This document shows, piece by piece, positions 46,317 to 55,541 of a stretch of 64,000 bases of DNA. The stretch's first letter is position 1; each line of letters begins with the position of its first letter. Position numbers and translations under genes: made by a program. Location of the stretch: assembly GCA_965248435.1 (NCBI GenBank), contig OZ252100.1:3616001-3680000 (forward strand), given 5' to 3'. The notes beneath the pieces were generated by a model. It did not search any database, was not told the origin of the DNA, and worked only from the letters and a program-made list of their open reading frames with translations. Source of the stretch: Candidatus Latescibacterota bacterium (lineage in GTDB: Bacteria; Latescibacterota; UBA2968; GCA-2709665).

Positions 46317-47879
46317 ATGTCCAAAACCGAGAGCGAGATCCCTTTTCTGATCGGCGAGGACTTTGTTCGGCGCCGCAATGTTGCCTGGAGGGTTGAGATC
46401 GGCAGGACACCGGACAACCCGCTGCTCGAACCGGAGATGCCCTGGGATGACGGTCATCCGTTCCTGCACGGCACGGTCCTTCTGGATCCGACCGACGGGA
46501 TCTGGAAGGCGTGGGGGGCGGCAGGGCAGAACGATACCAAGTACCGTAGACAGGCCCGTCGCCTGGCCTATCTGGAGAGTGAGGACGGGATCGACTGGCG
46601 CCGACCCGAGCTGGACCTCTACCCGTTCGGGGATCACGCGAGAACGAACATCGTGATGGACCTGGACTCGGGCGGAAACGCGATCTACGCAAACGTGTTT
46701 GTCCAACCCGAAGCGCCGGAAGCTCAGCGGTACCGGATGTTCGTTCTACGCAGGTTCGGTCTTCCCTCCCGGGACCTCGGGGTAAAGACCATCCGGGGGT
46801 TCACCGGGCCCGACGGAAAGGAATCGCGATCTGTCGGGGTCTATTGCTACAACTCTCCTGACGGACTCCACTGGGAACCGGATGTGGGCCCCGTGCTTGT
46901 CGAAAGTGCCGACCTCCTGAGCGCGAGTGCCACGACGGACGGCATCTTCATCTATCCTGAGCCGGACGGGAGCTTCTCGGCCTATCACAAAGTGGTGATC
47001 CGAGGATTCCCCGGCTCCATTCTACCTTATGAAAGCGGGCCGGGGGCGACCCGGGTGCTGGTGAGACGCACGAGCGAGGACGGGATTCACTGGGGAATGC
47101 ACGAACCCTGTATCCAGCCGGACTGGCGGGACCCGAACGATACGGAGTTCATGGAGATGGCGGTCACTCCCGTGGCAGGAGGTTACGTCGGGGTGCTGAC
47201 GCTCTACCGAACGAGCAATCAGACCCTGGAGCTTCAGTTCGCCGCTTCCCGCGACGGCCGCTACTGGTGGCGACCGGACCGGCGGGCATGCGTGGAGCAG
47301 CCTCCGCTCGGCGATTACGGCGGCGGGATGATGTGGGGGTCTCACCATATGATCGGCGACGGCGATGACATCCATTTCTACTACAGCGGGCTTCAGGGGA
47401 TTCACGGGGACATGCTGGGCACCCAGGATGCCGATCAGGCCGCCCTGGAGGGACGAGATTACGCGGGCCTTCCTCCGCTTCACGGAGAGGTTTACTCTCG
47501 CTCGGCGGACATCCTCTACTTCCACGGTGCGCTGTGCAGAGCGACATGGAGGCGAGGGAGGCTCTGGGGGCTGGCGACCGCCTCCGGGGGCCACATGGAG
47601 GGCACAGCCGTTACCTCCGCGGAGATGGACAAGGGACAGTCGCTGGACATCAATGCCAGCACCGTGAAGGATGGCGAGATCCTCGCCGAGCTGCTGGACG
47701 GAGAAGGTCGCGTTGCCCAGGGCTTTGATCGCGATGCGTGTGACCCGTTTTCGGGTGATGCACCGCTGCACAGGATCACGTGGAAGGGTAAAGCCGCTGC
47801 CCCAGCCGATGGGCTACAGGCGAGGTTCATTCTGCGTCGCGCGGTGCTTTACGGGTTTGAGTTCAGCAATGAAAAGTAG
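46317..47879 (+). CDS. Uncharacterised beta-propeller glycoside-hydrolase-like protein, paralog 3
   Basis: Same motifs as paralogs 1 and 2, but more diverged. Confidence 0.7.
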   Translation: MSKTESEIPFLIGEDFVRRRNVAWRVEIGRTPDNPLLEPEMPWDDGHPFLHGTVLLDPTDGIWKAWGAAGQNDTKYRRQARRLAYLESEDGIDWRRPELDLYPFGDHARTNIVMDLDSGGNAIYANVFVQPEAPEAQRYRMFVLRRFGLPSRDLGVKTIRGFTGPDGKESRSVGVYCYNSPDGLHWEPDVGPVLVESADLLSASATTDGIFIYPEPDGSFSAYHKVVIRGFPGSILPYESGPGATRVLVRRTSEDGIHWGMHEPCIQPDWRDPNDTEFMEMAVTPVAGGYVGVLTLYRTSNQTLELQFAASRDGRYWWRPDRRACVEQPPLGDYGGGMMWGSHHMIGDGDDIHFYYSGLQGIHGDMLGTQDADQAALEGRDYAGLPPLHGEVYSRSADILYFHGALCRATWRRGRLWGLATASGGHMEGTAVTSAEMDKGQSLDINASTVKDGEILAELLDGEGRVAQGFDRDACDPFSGDAPLHRITWKGKAAAPADGLQARFILRRAVLYGFEFSNEK

Positions 47880-47891
47880 CGGTGATCAAGG

Positions 47892-47976
47892 ACCGCAGAC
47901 GACAGACCGCAGACGGCGAGATGAATAACGTGATCCCTGAGGTTTTGAGCCGTCCGTGGTCCGCGGTCCGTCGTCG
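47892..47976. repeat. Inverted pair of heptamer arrays (GACCGCA/GACGGC type)
   Basis: GACCGCAGACGACAGACCGCAGACGGC ... GCCGTCCGTGGTCCGCGGTCCGTCGTC. Confidence 0.75.
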
Positions 47977-48003
47977 TGCATAGCGGGTTTTAGGAGAGGT
48001 CAA

Positions 48004-49320
48004 CTGAGCAACGTACCAATGACGCGTCCCGAAGAAGCGCTGGCGATTCACGAAACGGACACCTATCGTGCTTCGACCTTCGCCCGGCTGGAAGACGGAC
48101 GCATCCTGCAGTTGGCCGGTACGACCTTCACGATCTCCGACGACGGGGGGCTTACCTGGTCGGAGCCGTTCGAGCGCCGAGACCCTAACGGGAATCTGGT
48201 CGGTGGCCTGTGGATGTCGCTGGTCAGGTTGTCTGGGAACGGGGTGGGTGTGTCCACAGGGGGGACCGGTTTCGGACTGGATTCCCCTCACGATTTGCCG
48301 GGAAACCACTTCCAGTTCCAGGTGTTCTGGCGTTCGGAGGATGGCGGGGAGACGTGGGAAGCGCCGGTACGCATCAGCGTTCCCGGGATCGATGCCTGCC
48401 AGTATCACGACGTGCTGATTCGCACTTCGTCGGGCAGGATCGTTATGCCGGTGTACACCAGGTTCGGTCAAAAGTTGGGGCCCGGTGGCGTCGAGCCGCC
48501 CCATTCCGGGAAGCTGGTGCACGGCCAGTGGGCCTCCTCCCGCACCCATTTCTGGGATCCAGGCTTCCGGGGCTCCCTGGTGTATTACTCGGACGACGAC
48601 GGGCGGACGTGGCAGAGAAACCGGGACGGGGAGCTCATCATCCTGCTGGACTGGAACGCGAATTTCAACTACACGAACGAGCCCTCAGTAACGGAGGTAG
48701 AGCCGGGTAGACTGCTGATGCTCCTGCGCACGGCCCTCGGACGCCTCTTCCAGGCCTGGTCTACCGACAACGGAGAGACGTGGACCCGGCCCGCGCCGAC
48801 CCCGCTCGCCTCTTCCATCGCGCCGGGCCAGATCCGAACGCTGCCGAACGGTCACCTGCTGGCGGTGTGGAACCAGCACAGTGAAGATGAGATCAAGCAG
48901 GGGTACGTGCGCACACGGATCTCTTCAGCGGTCAGTCGCAACGGGGGCAGCATCTGGGAATTCTTCCAGAACGTGGAATCGATGCACGAAGAGACGCGAG
49001 TGGAGCCGGGTCCGATCCGACCCGTGCGTCCCGAAGAGTACCATTTCAGGCCGGGTGTGCCTGCACCAGAACGGGAGGGACGTTACCTCACGCCGACCGA
49101 GACCTACGGATGGTGGACCTATCCCTCGGTGTTCGTGATGGAAGACCGGGTGCTCATCGGTCACCGCTACCGGGCCTATCGGGAACACCCGACCCAGGCA
49201 ACACTCCTCACGAGCAGTGAAGCGGAAGGGAGCGGCGGCTTCATTCACAAGCTTAAGGTCCTGCCAATCACCTGGTTTTACGGGGGTAAAGAGCCGGCTG
49301 AGAGCGTCTGGATTGCTTAG
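48004..49320 (+). CDS. Sialidase-fold (BNR/Asp-box) protein, paralog 1
   Basis: Five Asp boxes (SDDGGLTW, SEDGGETW, SDDDGRTW, STDNGETW, SRNGGSIW), NEPS and TYPS. CTG at 48004 aligns with the paralog start codons and follows AGGAGAGG. Confidence 0.8.
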   Translation: MSNVPMTRPEEALAIHETDTYRASTFARLEDGRILQLAGTTFTISDDGGLTWSEPFERRDPNGNLVGGLWMSLVRLSGNGVGVSTGGTGFGLDSPHDLPGNHFQFQVFWRSEDGGETWEAPVRISVPGIDACQYHDVLIRTSSGRIVMPVYTRFGQKLGPGGVEPPHSGKLVHGQWASSRTHFWDPGFRGSLVYYSDDDGRTWQRNRDGELIILLDWNANFNYTNEPSVTEVEPGRLLMLLRTALGRLFQAWSTDNGETWTRPAPTPLASSIAPGQIRTLPNGHLLAVWNQHSEDEIKQGYVRTRISSAVSRNGGSIWEFFQNVESMHEETRVEPGPIRPVRPEEYHFRPGVPAPEREGRYLTPTETYGWWTYPSVFVMEDRVLIGHRYRAYREHPTQATLLTSSEAEGSGGFIHKLKVLPITWFYGGKEPAESVWIA

Positions 49321-49374
49321 GATGATCTACCGTTATTCCAAAGTCGTTGCTGAGCGTACACGACGAGGGATTAC

Positions 49375-50703
49375 GTGAGCAACGTACCGATGACGCGCCC
49401 CGAAGAGGCGCTTGCGATTCACGAGACGGACGCCGTCCGCGCTTCCACCTTCACTCAGCTGGAAGACGGGCGCATCCTGCAGTTGGCTGGAAGGACGTTC
49501 ACGACATCCAACGACGGGGGCCTCACCTGGTCCGAGCCGTTCGAGCGCCGTGACCCGAACGGAAACTTGATCGGGGCCGGAGGGCGTTCGCTCGTCAGGC
49601 TCTCCGGAAACGGGATCGGGGTTGCCGGCTATGGGCGAGGTATGGGACTGGACTCGCCCTACGATCTTCCCGAGAGCCATCACCAGGTGTTCTGGCGTTC
49701 GGAGGATGCCGGGGAGACGTGGGAGGCGCCGGTACGCATCAGCATTCCCGGAATCGACACCTGCCAGTTCCAGGACGTGCTGATTCGTACCTCTTCGGGC
49801 AGGATCGTTCTGCCGGTGTTTACCCGAATGGGTCAACGCACGGGGCCCGGAGGCGTCGAACCGCCTGTTTCCGGGAAGCTGCTGAAAGGACAATGGGCAT
49901 CCTCGCATACTCACTTTTTCGATCCGGGCTTTCGGGGATCCCTTGTCTACTACTCAGACGACGACGGGCGGACGTGGCAGCGAAATCGAGACAGCGAGCT
50001 GTTCATCCTGCTGGACTGGAACGCGAATTTCAACTACACGAACGAGCCCTCAGTAACGGAGGTCGAGCCGGGTAGACTGCTGATGTTCCTGCGCACGGCC
50101 CTCGGGCGCCTCTTCCATTCCTGGTCTGCCGATAACGGGGAGACGTGGACCCGGCCCGCGCCGACCGCGCTGGCCTCGTCCATCGCGCCGGGTCAGATCC
50201 GGACGCTGCCGAACGGCCATCTGCTCGCGGTGTGGAACCAGCACAGTCAGGAGGAGATCAGGCAGGGGTTCGTACGAACACGGATCTCTTCGGCGGTCAG
50301 TCGCAACGGGGGCAGTATCTGGGAATTCTTTCAGAACGTGGAATCGATACACGAAGAGACGAAGGTGGAGCCGGGCCCGATTCGGCCGGTCCGTCCTGAG
50401 GAATTCCATTTCAGACCGGGTGTGTCTGCCCCGGAGCGGGAGGGACGTTACCTCACGCCGGCTGAGGCCTATGGCTGGTGGACTTATCCGTCAGTGCTGG
50501 TGATGGAAGACCGGGTGCTCATCGGGCACCGTTACCGGACGTATCGGGAACACCCTACCCAGGCAAGGCTCCTTATGAGCAGTGAAGTAGAGGGGAGTGG
50601 CGGCTTCATTCTCAAGCTGAAGGTGCTGCCGCTTTCTTGGTTCTACGGGGGCAAGCAACCGGCTGAGAGCGTCTGGATCGCCCAGAAGGATATACCAGTA
50701 TAA
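49375..50703 (+). CDS. Sialidase-fold (BNR/Asp-box) protein, paralog 2
   Basis: MSNVPMTRPEEALA start (GTG); same Asp boxes; closest to paralog 1. Confidence 0.82.
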   Translation: MSNVPMTRPEEALAIHETDAVRASTFTQLEDGRILQLAGRTFTTSNDGGLTWSEPFERRDPNGNLIGAGGRSLVRLSGNGIGVAGYGRGMGLDSPYDLPESHHQVFWRSEDAGETWEAPVRISIPGIDTCQFQDVLIRTSSGRIVLPVFTRMGQRTGPGGVEPPVSGKLLKGQWASSHTHFFDPGFRGSLVYYSDDDGRTWQRNRDSELFILLDWNANFNYTNEPSVTEVEPGRLLMFLRTALGRLFHSWSADNGETWTRPAPTALASSIAPGQIRTLPNGHLLAVWNQHSQEEIRQGFVRTRISSAVSRNGGSIWEFFQNVESIHEETKVEPGPIRPVRPEEFHFRPGVSAPEREGRYLTPAEAYGWWTYPSVLVMEDRVLIGHRYRTYREHPTQARLLMSSEVEGSGGFILKLKVLPLSWFYGGKQPAESVWIAQKDIPV

Positions 50704-50797
50704 GTGTATCTCGTATTTCGTATCTCGCGGCTCTTCACTTCTCATATACGATAGTTGATTTCAAACTCTACTATTAACGAAAGAAGGAGAAGGTCAC

Positions 50798-52078
50798 ATG
50801 AGTAACGTTCCGATGACACGACCGGAAGAGGCGCTGGCCATGTATGACCTTCCCTACTGGCACCACACCGCCTTCGTCGAAAGGAGGGACGGCAGCGTCC
50901 TTCAGGTCTGCGGCGCCAAGTTTCTGACGTCGGAAAACGGGGGAATTAGCTGGTCGGAGCCCTACGAGTGTCACGACCCGGACGGAGATCAGGTGATGGC
51001 CCGGTCTCTCGTGAGACTCGAGGGGGATGCGATCGGGATGTCTTACGTCGCTCATGACGAAAAATCGTATATGACATTCAGGCGCTCGGAGGATGGCGGA
51101 AAGACGTGGGGGCTCCCACTTCGCGTTTCCCCGGAGGGGTTTTCCGTATCCGACTATCACGACACGATGATTCGGACCTTTTCGGGACGTCTGATCATGC
51201 CGGTCTACGTGGGACTGGGACAGGGATCTGCCTCGAACGACATCCCGGGGCCCTGGCCGGGCAAACTGGTGAGGGGGCAGTGGGTCTCCACGAACGCCCA
51301 CTTTTTCGACATGGGGTTCTCCTGTTCGTTCGTCTACTACTCGGATGACGGAGGGGCGACCTGGCAGACGAACAGGGGCGGGAAGCTGCTGGTCAACCTG
51401 GACTACAGCGCCGTGTGCAGCTACTTGAACGAGCCCTCCGTGACCGAGGTGGAGCCCGGTGTCCTTCTGCTGTTCCTGCGCTCCGGACTTGGACGTTTGT
51501 TTCAGGCCTGGTCGCACGACAACGGGGAGACATGGACCCGCCCGGAGCCAACGTCGCTGGCGACGTCGACGGCGCCGGGGCAGATCCGGACGCTGCCGAA
51601 CGGCCATTTGCTGGCGGTCTGGAATCAGCTGGGGCCGGAGGAGATCCGGCGCGGCTACCATCGATCGCGGATCTCGACGGCGATCAGCCGGAACGGGGGG
51701 AGTGTGTGGGAGTTCTTCCAGAACGTGACCTCCCTTCACGAGGAGACGCGGGTCGAGCCGGGTCCGATCGAGCCGGTGCGTCCGGAGGAGTATCACTACA
51801 ACCCTGACATGCCGGCGCCGGAGCGTGAAACAGAGTATGTGACCCCGGCGGATGAGTACGGCGTGTGGACCTACCCTTCCGTACTGGTGCTGAAGGACCG
51901 GGTGATTATCTCGCACCGCTACTACATGTACGGAGAGCACGAGACGGCCGCACAGCTTGTGAAGACCGGTCCCACCGAAGATATCCACGGCTTCATCCAG
52001 AAGCAGAAGGTGCTGCCACTGTCCTGGCTGTATGGCGGCAAGGAACCGGCGGACAGTCCACACATAGCTGGATCGTAG
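50798..52078 (+). CDS. Sialidase-fold (BNR/Asp-box) protein, paralog 3
   Basis: MSNVPMTRPEEALA start; Asp boxes, NEPS, FLRS and WTYPS. Confidence 0.82.
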   Translation: MSNVPMTRPEEALAMYDLPYWHHTAFVERRDGSVLQVCGAKFLTSENGGISWSEPYECHDPDGDQVMARSLVRLEGDAIGMSYVAHDEKSYMTFRRSEDGGKTWGLPLRVSPEGFSVSDYHDTMIRTFSGRLIMPVYVGLGQGSASNDIPGPWPGKLVRGQWVSTNAHFFDMGFSCSFVYYSDDGGATWQTNRGGKLLVNLDYSAVCSYLNEPSVTEVEPGVLLLFLRSGLGRLFQAWSHDNGETWTRPEPTSLATSTAPGQIRTLPNGHLLAVWNQLGPEEIRRGYHRSRISTAISRNGGSVWEFFQNVTSLHEETRVEPGPIEPVRPEEYHYNPDMPAPERETEYVTPADEYGVWTYPSVLVLKDRVIISHRYYMYGEHETAAQLVKTGPTEDIHGFIQKQKVLPLSWLYGGKEPADSPHIAGS

Positions 52079-52186
52079 ACGCGTATCTCGTATCTCGAGG
52101 CGTCACGCTTCGCTCACTGGATAGCTGATTCTCATTAGATAGCTGATTTCAGAGTTTCTACATTGCCTCAACCCTGAAGGAATGAG

Positions 52187-53485
52187 ATGAGCAACGTACC
52201 GATGACGCGGCCTGAAGAGGCGCTGGCCATGCACGATTTTACCTACTATCACGCCTGCGCCTTCGTGGAAAGAAGGGACGGAAGTATCCTCCAGATCGCG
52301 GGCACGAAATTCACCACATCCGAGGATGGGGGGTTGAGTTGGTCGGAGCCCTATGAATGTCGCGACCCTGATGGAGAGCTGGTGCAAGGCAGGTCTCTGG
52401 TCAGGCTGGGTGGAGATGCGATCGGGATGTCCAACTGCCCTCAAACCGAATCGGATGGACCACGACCCAAATCATGTGAGACGTTCAGGCGTTCGGAGGA
52501 CGGGGGCAGGACGTGGGGGCTCCCGCTTCGTGTCTCTCCGGAAGGGTTTTCTGTATCTGACTATCACGACACGATGATTCGGACGTCCTCGGGCCGTTTG
52601 GTCATTCCGGTCCACATGCTTCTGGGACAGGTATCCGCCTCGAACGACATCCCGGGACCCTGGCCGGGCAAGCTTGTAAAAGGGCAGTGGGTCTCGACGA
52701 ACGCCCACTTCTTCGACATGGGGTTTACCTGTTCGTTCGTCTACGTCTCCGACGACGACGGGGCGACCTGGCAGACGAACAAAGACGGAAAACTGCTGGT
52801 CAACCTGGACTGCAACGCCGTGAGCAGCTACCTGGTCGAGCCATCCGTGACCGAAGTGGAGCCCGGAAGGCTTCTGATGTTTCTGCGCTCCGGTCTCGGG
52901 CGTCTGTTTCAGGCCTGGTCGCACGACAACGGGGAGACATGGACGCGCCCCGAGCCTACGTCGCTTGCCACATCGACGGCCCCGGGTCAGATCCGGACGC
53001 TGCCGAACGGGCACCTGCTCGCGGTCTGGAATCAGCAGGGGCCGGAGGAGATCCGTCACGGCTACCACCGGTCTCGGATGTCGACGGCGATCAGCCGGAA
53101 TGGAGGAAGCGTGTGGGAGTTCTTCCAGAATGTGATGTCGCTGCACGAGGAGACGCGCGTGGAGCCGGGTCCGATCGAGCCGGTACGTCCGGAGGAGTAC
53201 CATTACAACCCGGACATGCCGGCGCCGGAGCGCGAAGCTGAATATGTGACACCGGCGGATGAGTACGGCGTGTGGACCTACCCGTCTGTCCTGGTGCTGA
53301 AGGATCGGGTGATCATCTCGCATCGTTACTACATGTACGGTGAGCACGAGACGGCCGCACAGTTGGTGAAGACCGATCCGAGCGAAGATCTCCACGGTTT
53401 CATCCAGAAGCAGAAGGTGCTGCCACTGTCCTGGCTGTATGGCGGCAAGGAGCCGGCGGATCATCCAGCGATCGCTGGGTCGTAA
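52187..53485 (+). CDS. Sialidase-fold (BNR/Asp-box) protein, paralog 4
   Basis: Same motifs as paralog 3, with VEPS in place of NEPS. Confidence 0.82.
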   Translation: MSNVPMTRPEEALAMHDFTYYHACAFVERRDGSILQIAGTKFTTSEDGGLSWSEPYECRDPDGELVQGRSLVRLGGDAIGMSNCPQTESDGPRPKSCETFRRSEDGGRTWGLPLRVSPEGFSVSDYHDTMIRTSSGRLVIPVHMLLGQVSASNDIPGPWPGKLVKGQWVSTNAHFFDMGFTCSFVYVSDDDGATWQTNKDGKLLVNLDCNAVSSYLVEPSVTEVEPGRLLMFLRSGLGRLFQAWSHDNGETWTRPEPTSLATSTAPGQIRTLPNGHLLAVWNQQGPEEIRHGYHRSRMSTAISRNGGSVWEFFQNVMSLHEETRVEPGPIEPVRPEEYHYNPDMPAPEREAEYVTPADEYGVWTYPSVLVLKDRVIISHRYYMYGEHETAAQLVKTDPSEDLHGFIQKQKVLPLSWLYGGKEPADHPAIAGS

Positions 53486-53521
53486 ACGTAGGGTAAAAGG
53501 CAGGAAAGGAATGGACGTCCG

Positions 53522-55510
53522 TTGAGACCACAGCCAAAATGGCTCCGGGAGGGGCTGATCTTCGTCGGGAACTGGGAGACGCTGGTCGCGCGGACTCGCC
53601 ATGGCGGCCTCGCCGAGAACATGCGAGAGCTCTACAAGGCGGAACACAGTGAAGAAGTCGTGCGCCGGCTGAAGGACGTCGGCGTCAACATGATCCTGAT
53701 GCACTACTTCAAGACGGGGCTTCGGGTCGAGGAGGAGGAGCGGGCATACGCAGAGCAGCTCGCGGGGTTCTGCCGTAAGTACGGGATGCGGGTCGGCGCC
53801 TACATCGGCGGGACGATCTACTACGAGACGCTTGCGCAGGATGATGAAGACTGCGTCAACTGGGCCGCGCGCGACGAGGATGGCCGGCCGATACGCCGGT
53901 CCCTTTCCTCCGGGCTGTGCCGATACAAGCCCTGCTACAATCAACCGGGCTATCGCGCCTTCATCCGGCGCGTCGTCGAGATGGCCGTGAAGGAGCTCGG
54001 GACGGACCTCGTCCACTTCGACAACTTCGGGGACAGCGCGGAGCCGGCCTGCCACTGCGGGGAGTGCGTCAGAAAATTCTCAAAGTTCCTGGAGACGAAA
54101 TACCGGGACGCGTCGATCCGGCTCGAGCGATACGGATTCACAGACCTCTCTCGTATCCGGCCGCCGATCTTTCCGAAGACGGTTCCTCCGGAGAAGTATC
54201 CCCTGGTCCGCGATCCTTCCGTACAGGACTGGATGGAGTTTGGCAGCGAGTGCCTCACCGATTTCTACAGGGAGATGAGTGATCTGATCCTGGAGCTCAA
54301 TCCCGAGGTGGCCGTCGAGTGCAATCCGGGCGGTATCCGTCCCGGCAACTGGCGCTACTACTGCGGCGTCGACCTGCCGCGGCTGGTGGTGCACGGGGAT
54401 GTGTTCTGGACCGAGGAGAACGCCGAGCCGCGACTGGAGGACGGGCGGCTCATTTCGAGGATCCGGACCTTCAAGGCAGCGCAGTCTCTGGGGAACGTGC
54501 TCTTTTCCTACGCACTCGGACCTCACACGACCCGGTTCCGAAGGTTCAGCAAGGACGCCAGGCTGCCGGTCCTTGAACCGATGGTCCTGGGGGGCCCAAC
54601 GATCGGATGCGTGGGCATGATGTGGGAGGGCGGAGAGGTGGAAGAGATCGAGAAAAATCTCCGCTCGCCGGACTTCGCCTTCTTTCTGAAGCATCGATCT
54701 CGGTTCGTAGATACCGAGCCCGTGACTGACGTGGCGGTCGTTCGCAGCTTCAGTTCCATGGCCTTCAATGCAGTCGATCCTCACCGGGATGTCTGGTTTT
54801 TCGAGCAGGCGCTCATTCAATCCGCCGTGACCTTCACACTCGCGTTCGACCGCGACCTGAACGAAGGCTGCCCCTACCGGGTGCTCGTGCTGGCCGGTCA
54901 GGAATGCATCAGCGAGGATCAGGTCCGGTTCCTCGAGGCGTTTCTTCAGGCCGGGGGTGGGGTCGTGCTGGTAGAGAATTCGGGAACGCACGATGCGTGG
55001 CACCGCGTCAGAACCGAGACCCTGACGAACGTTCTCAGGGCGCTCGCCGACGAGGTGGAAACACTGGAGAACGGCGTGACTCAAGCGCGAATCGGCCGGG
55101 GGCGGGCGGCCATCGCTCCCTCCATCGTGGCCACTGCAGATGACCCTTTAGGACCCTTCGACTGGAGACGTCCGGAGAACTGGAAGGATCTGTTGGAGGC
55201 AGTCAGATGGGCGGCAGGCGGGCGCCTGTCGGTCGAGGTCGAAGCACCCCCCTCGTTCATCGTGGAGGTCCGCCGGCAGACCGAACCGGATCGGCTGCTG
55301 ATCCACCTGCTCAATTTCGAATCCGTAAGTCCCGGGCCCGACCTGCGCGTTTCTGTTGCCATCCCCGAGTTCGCGAGGCCCGCTCGATGTATAGAGTTGA
55401 GCCCGGAGGAACCCGAAGGTCGCGAGGTCCACTTCGAGTCTGATGATGATGGGATCGCGTTTGAGGTTTCCGGCGTGGAGAAGTACAGACTGGTCGTCAT
55501 AGATGGTTGA
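53522..55510 (+). CDS. GH42-like TIM-barrel protein with beta-galactosidase trimerisation (GATase-like) domain
   Basis: LKDVGVNMI, PCYNQPGY, VHFDN, CHCGECVRKF Cys cluster, YRVLVLAGQECISEDQVRFLEAFLQAGGGVV and LLIHLLNF motifs. Confidence 0.7.
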   Translation: MRPQPKWLREGLIFVGNWETLVARTRHGGLAENMRELYKAEHSEEVVRRLKDVGVNMILMHYFKTGLRVEEEERAYAEQLAGFCRKYGMRVGAYIGGTIYYETLAQDDEDCVNWAARDEDGRPIRRSLSSGLCRYKPCYNQPGYRAFIRRVVEMAVKELGTDLVHFDNFGDSAEPACHCGECVRKFSKFLETKYRDASIRLERYGFTDLSRIRPPIFPKTVPPEKYPLVRDPSVQDWMEFGSECLTDFYREMSDLILELNPEVAVECNPGGIRPGNWRYYCGVDLPRLVVHGDVFWTEENAEPRLEDGRLISRIRTFKAAQSLGNVLFSYALGPHTTRFRRFSKDARLPVLEPMVLGGPTIGCVGMMWEGGEVEEIEKNLRSPDFAFFLKHRSRFVDTEPVTDVAVVRSFSSMAFNAVDPHRDVWFFEQALIQSAVTFTLAFDRDLNEGCPYRVLVLAGQECISEDQVRFLEAFLQAGGGVVLVENSGTHDAWHRVRTETLTNVLRALADEVETLENGVTQARIGRGRAAIAPSIVATADDPLGPFDWRRPENWKDLLEAVRWAAGGRLSVEVEAPPSFIVEVRRQTEPDRLLIHLLNFESVSPGPDLRVSVAIPEFARPARCIELSPEEPEGREVHFESDDDGIAFEVSGVEKYRLVVIDG

Positions 55511-55541
55511 GGGGCCCGGAATTTAGAACAGGAGCGCGGAT

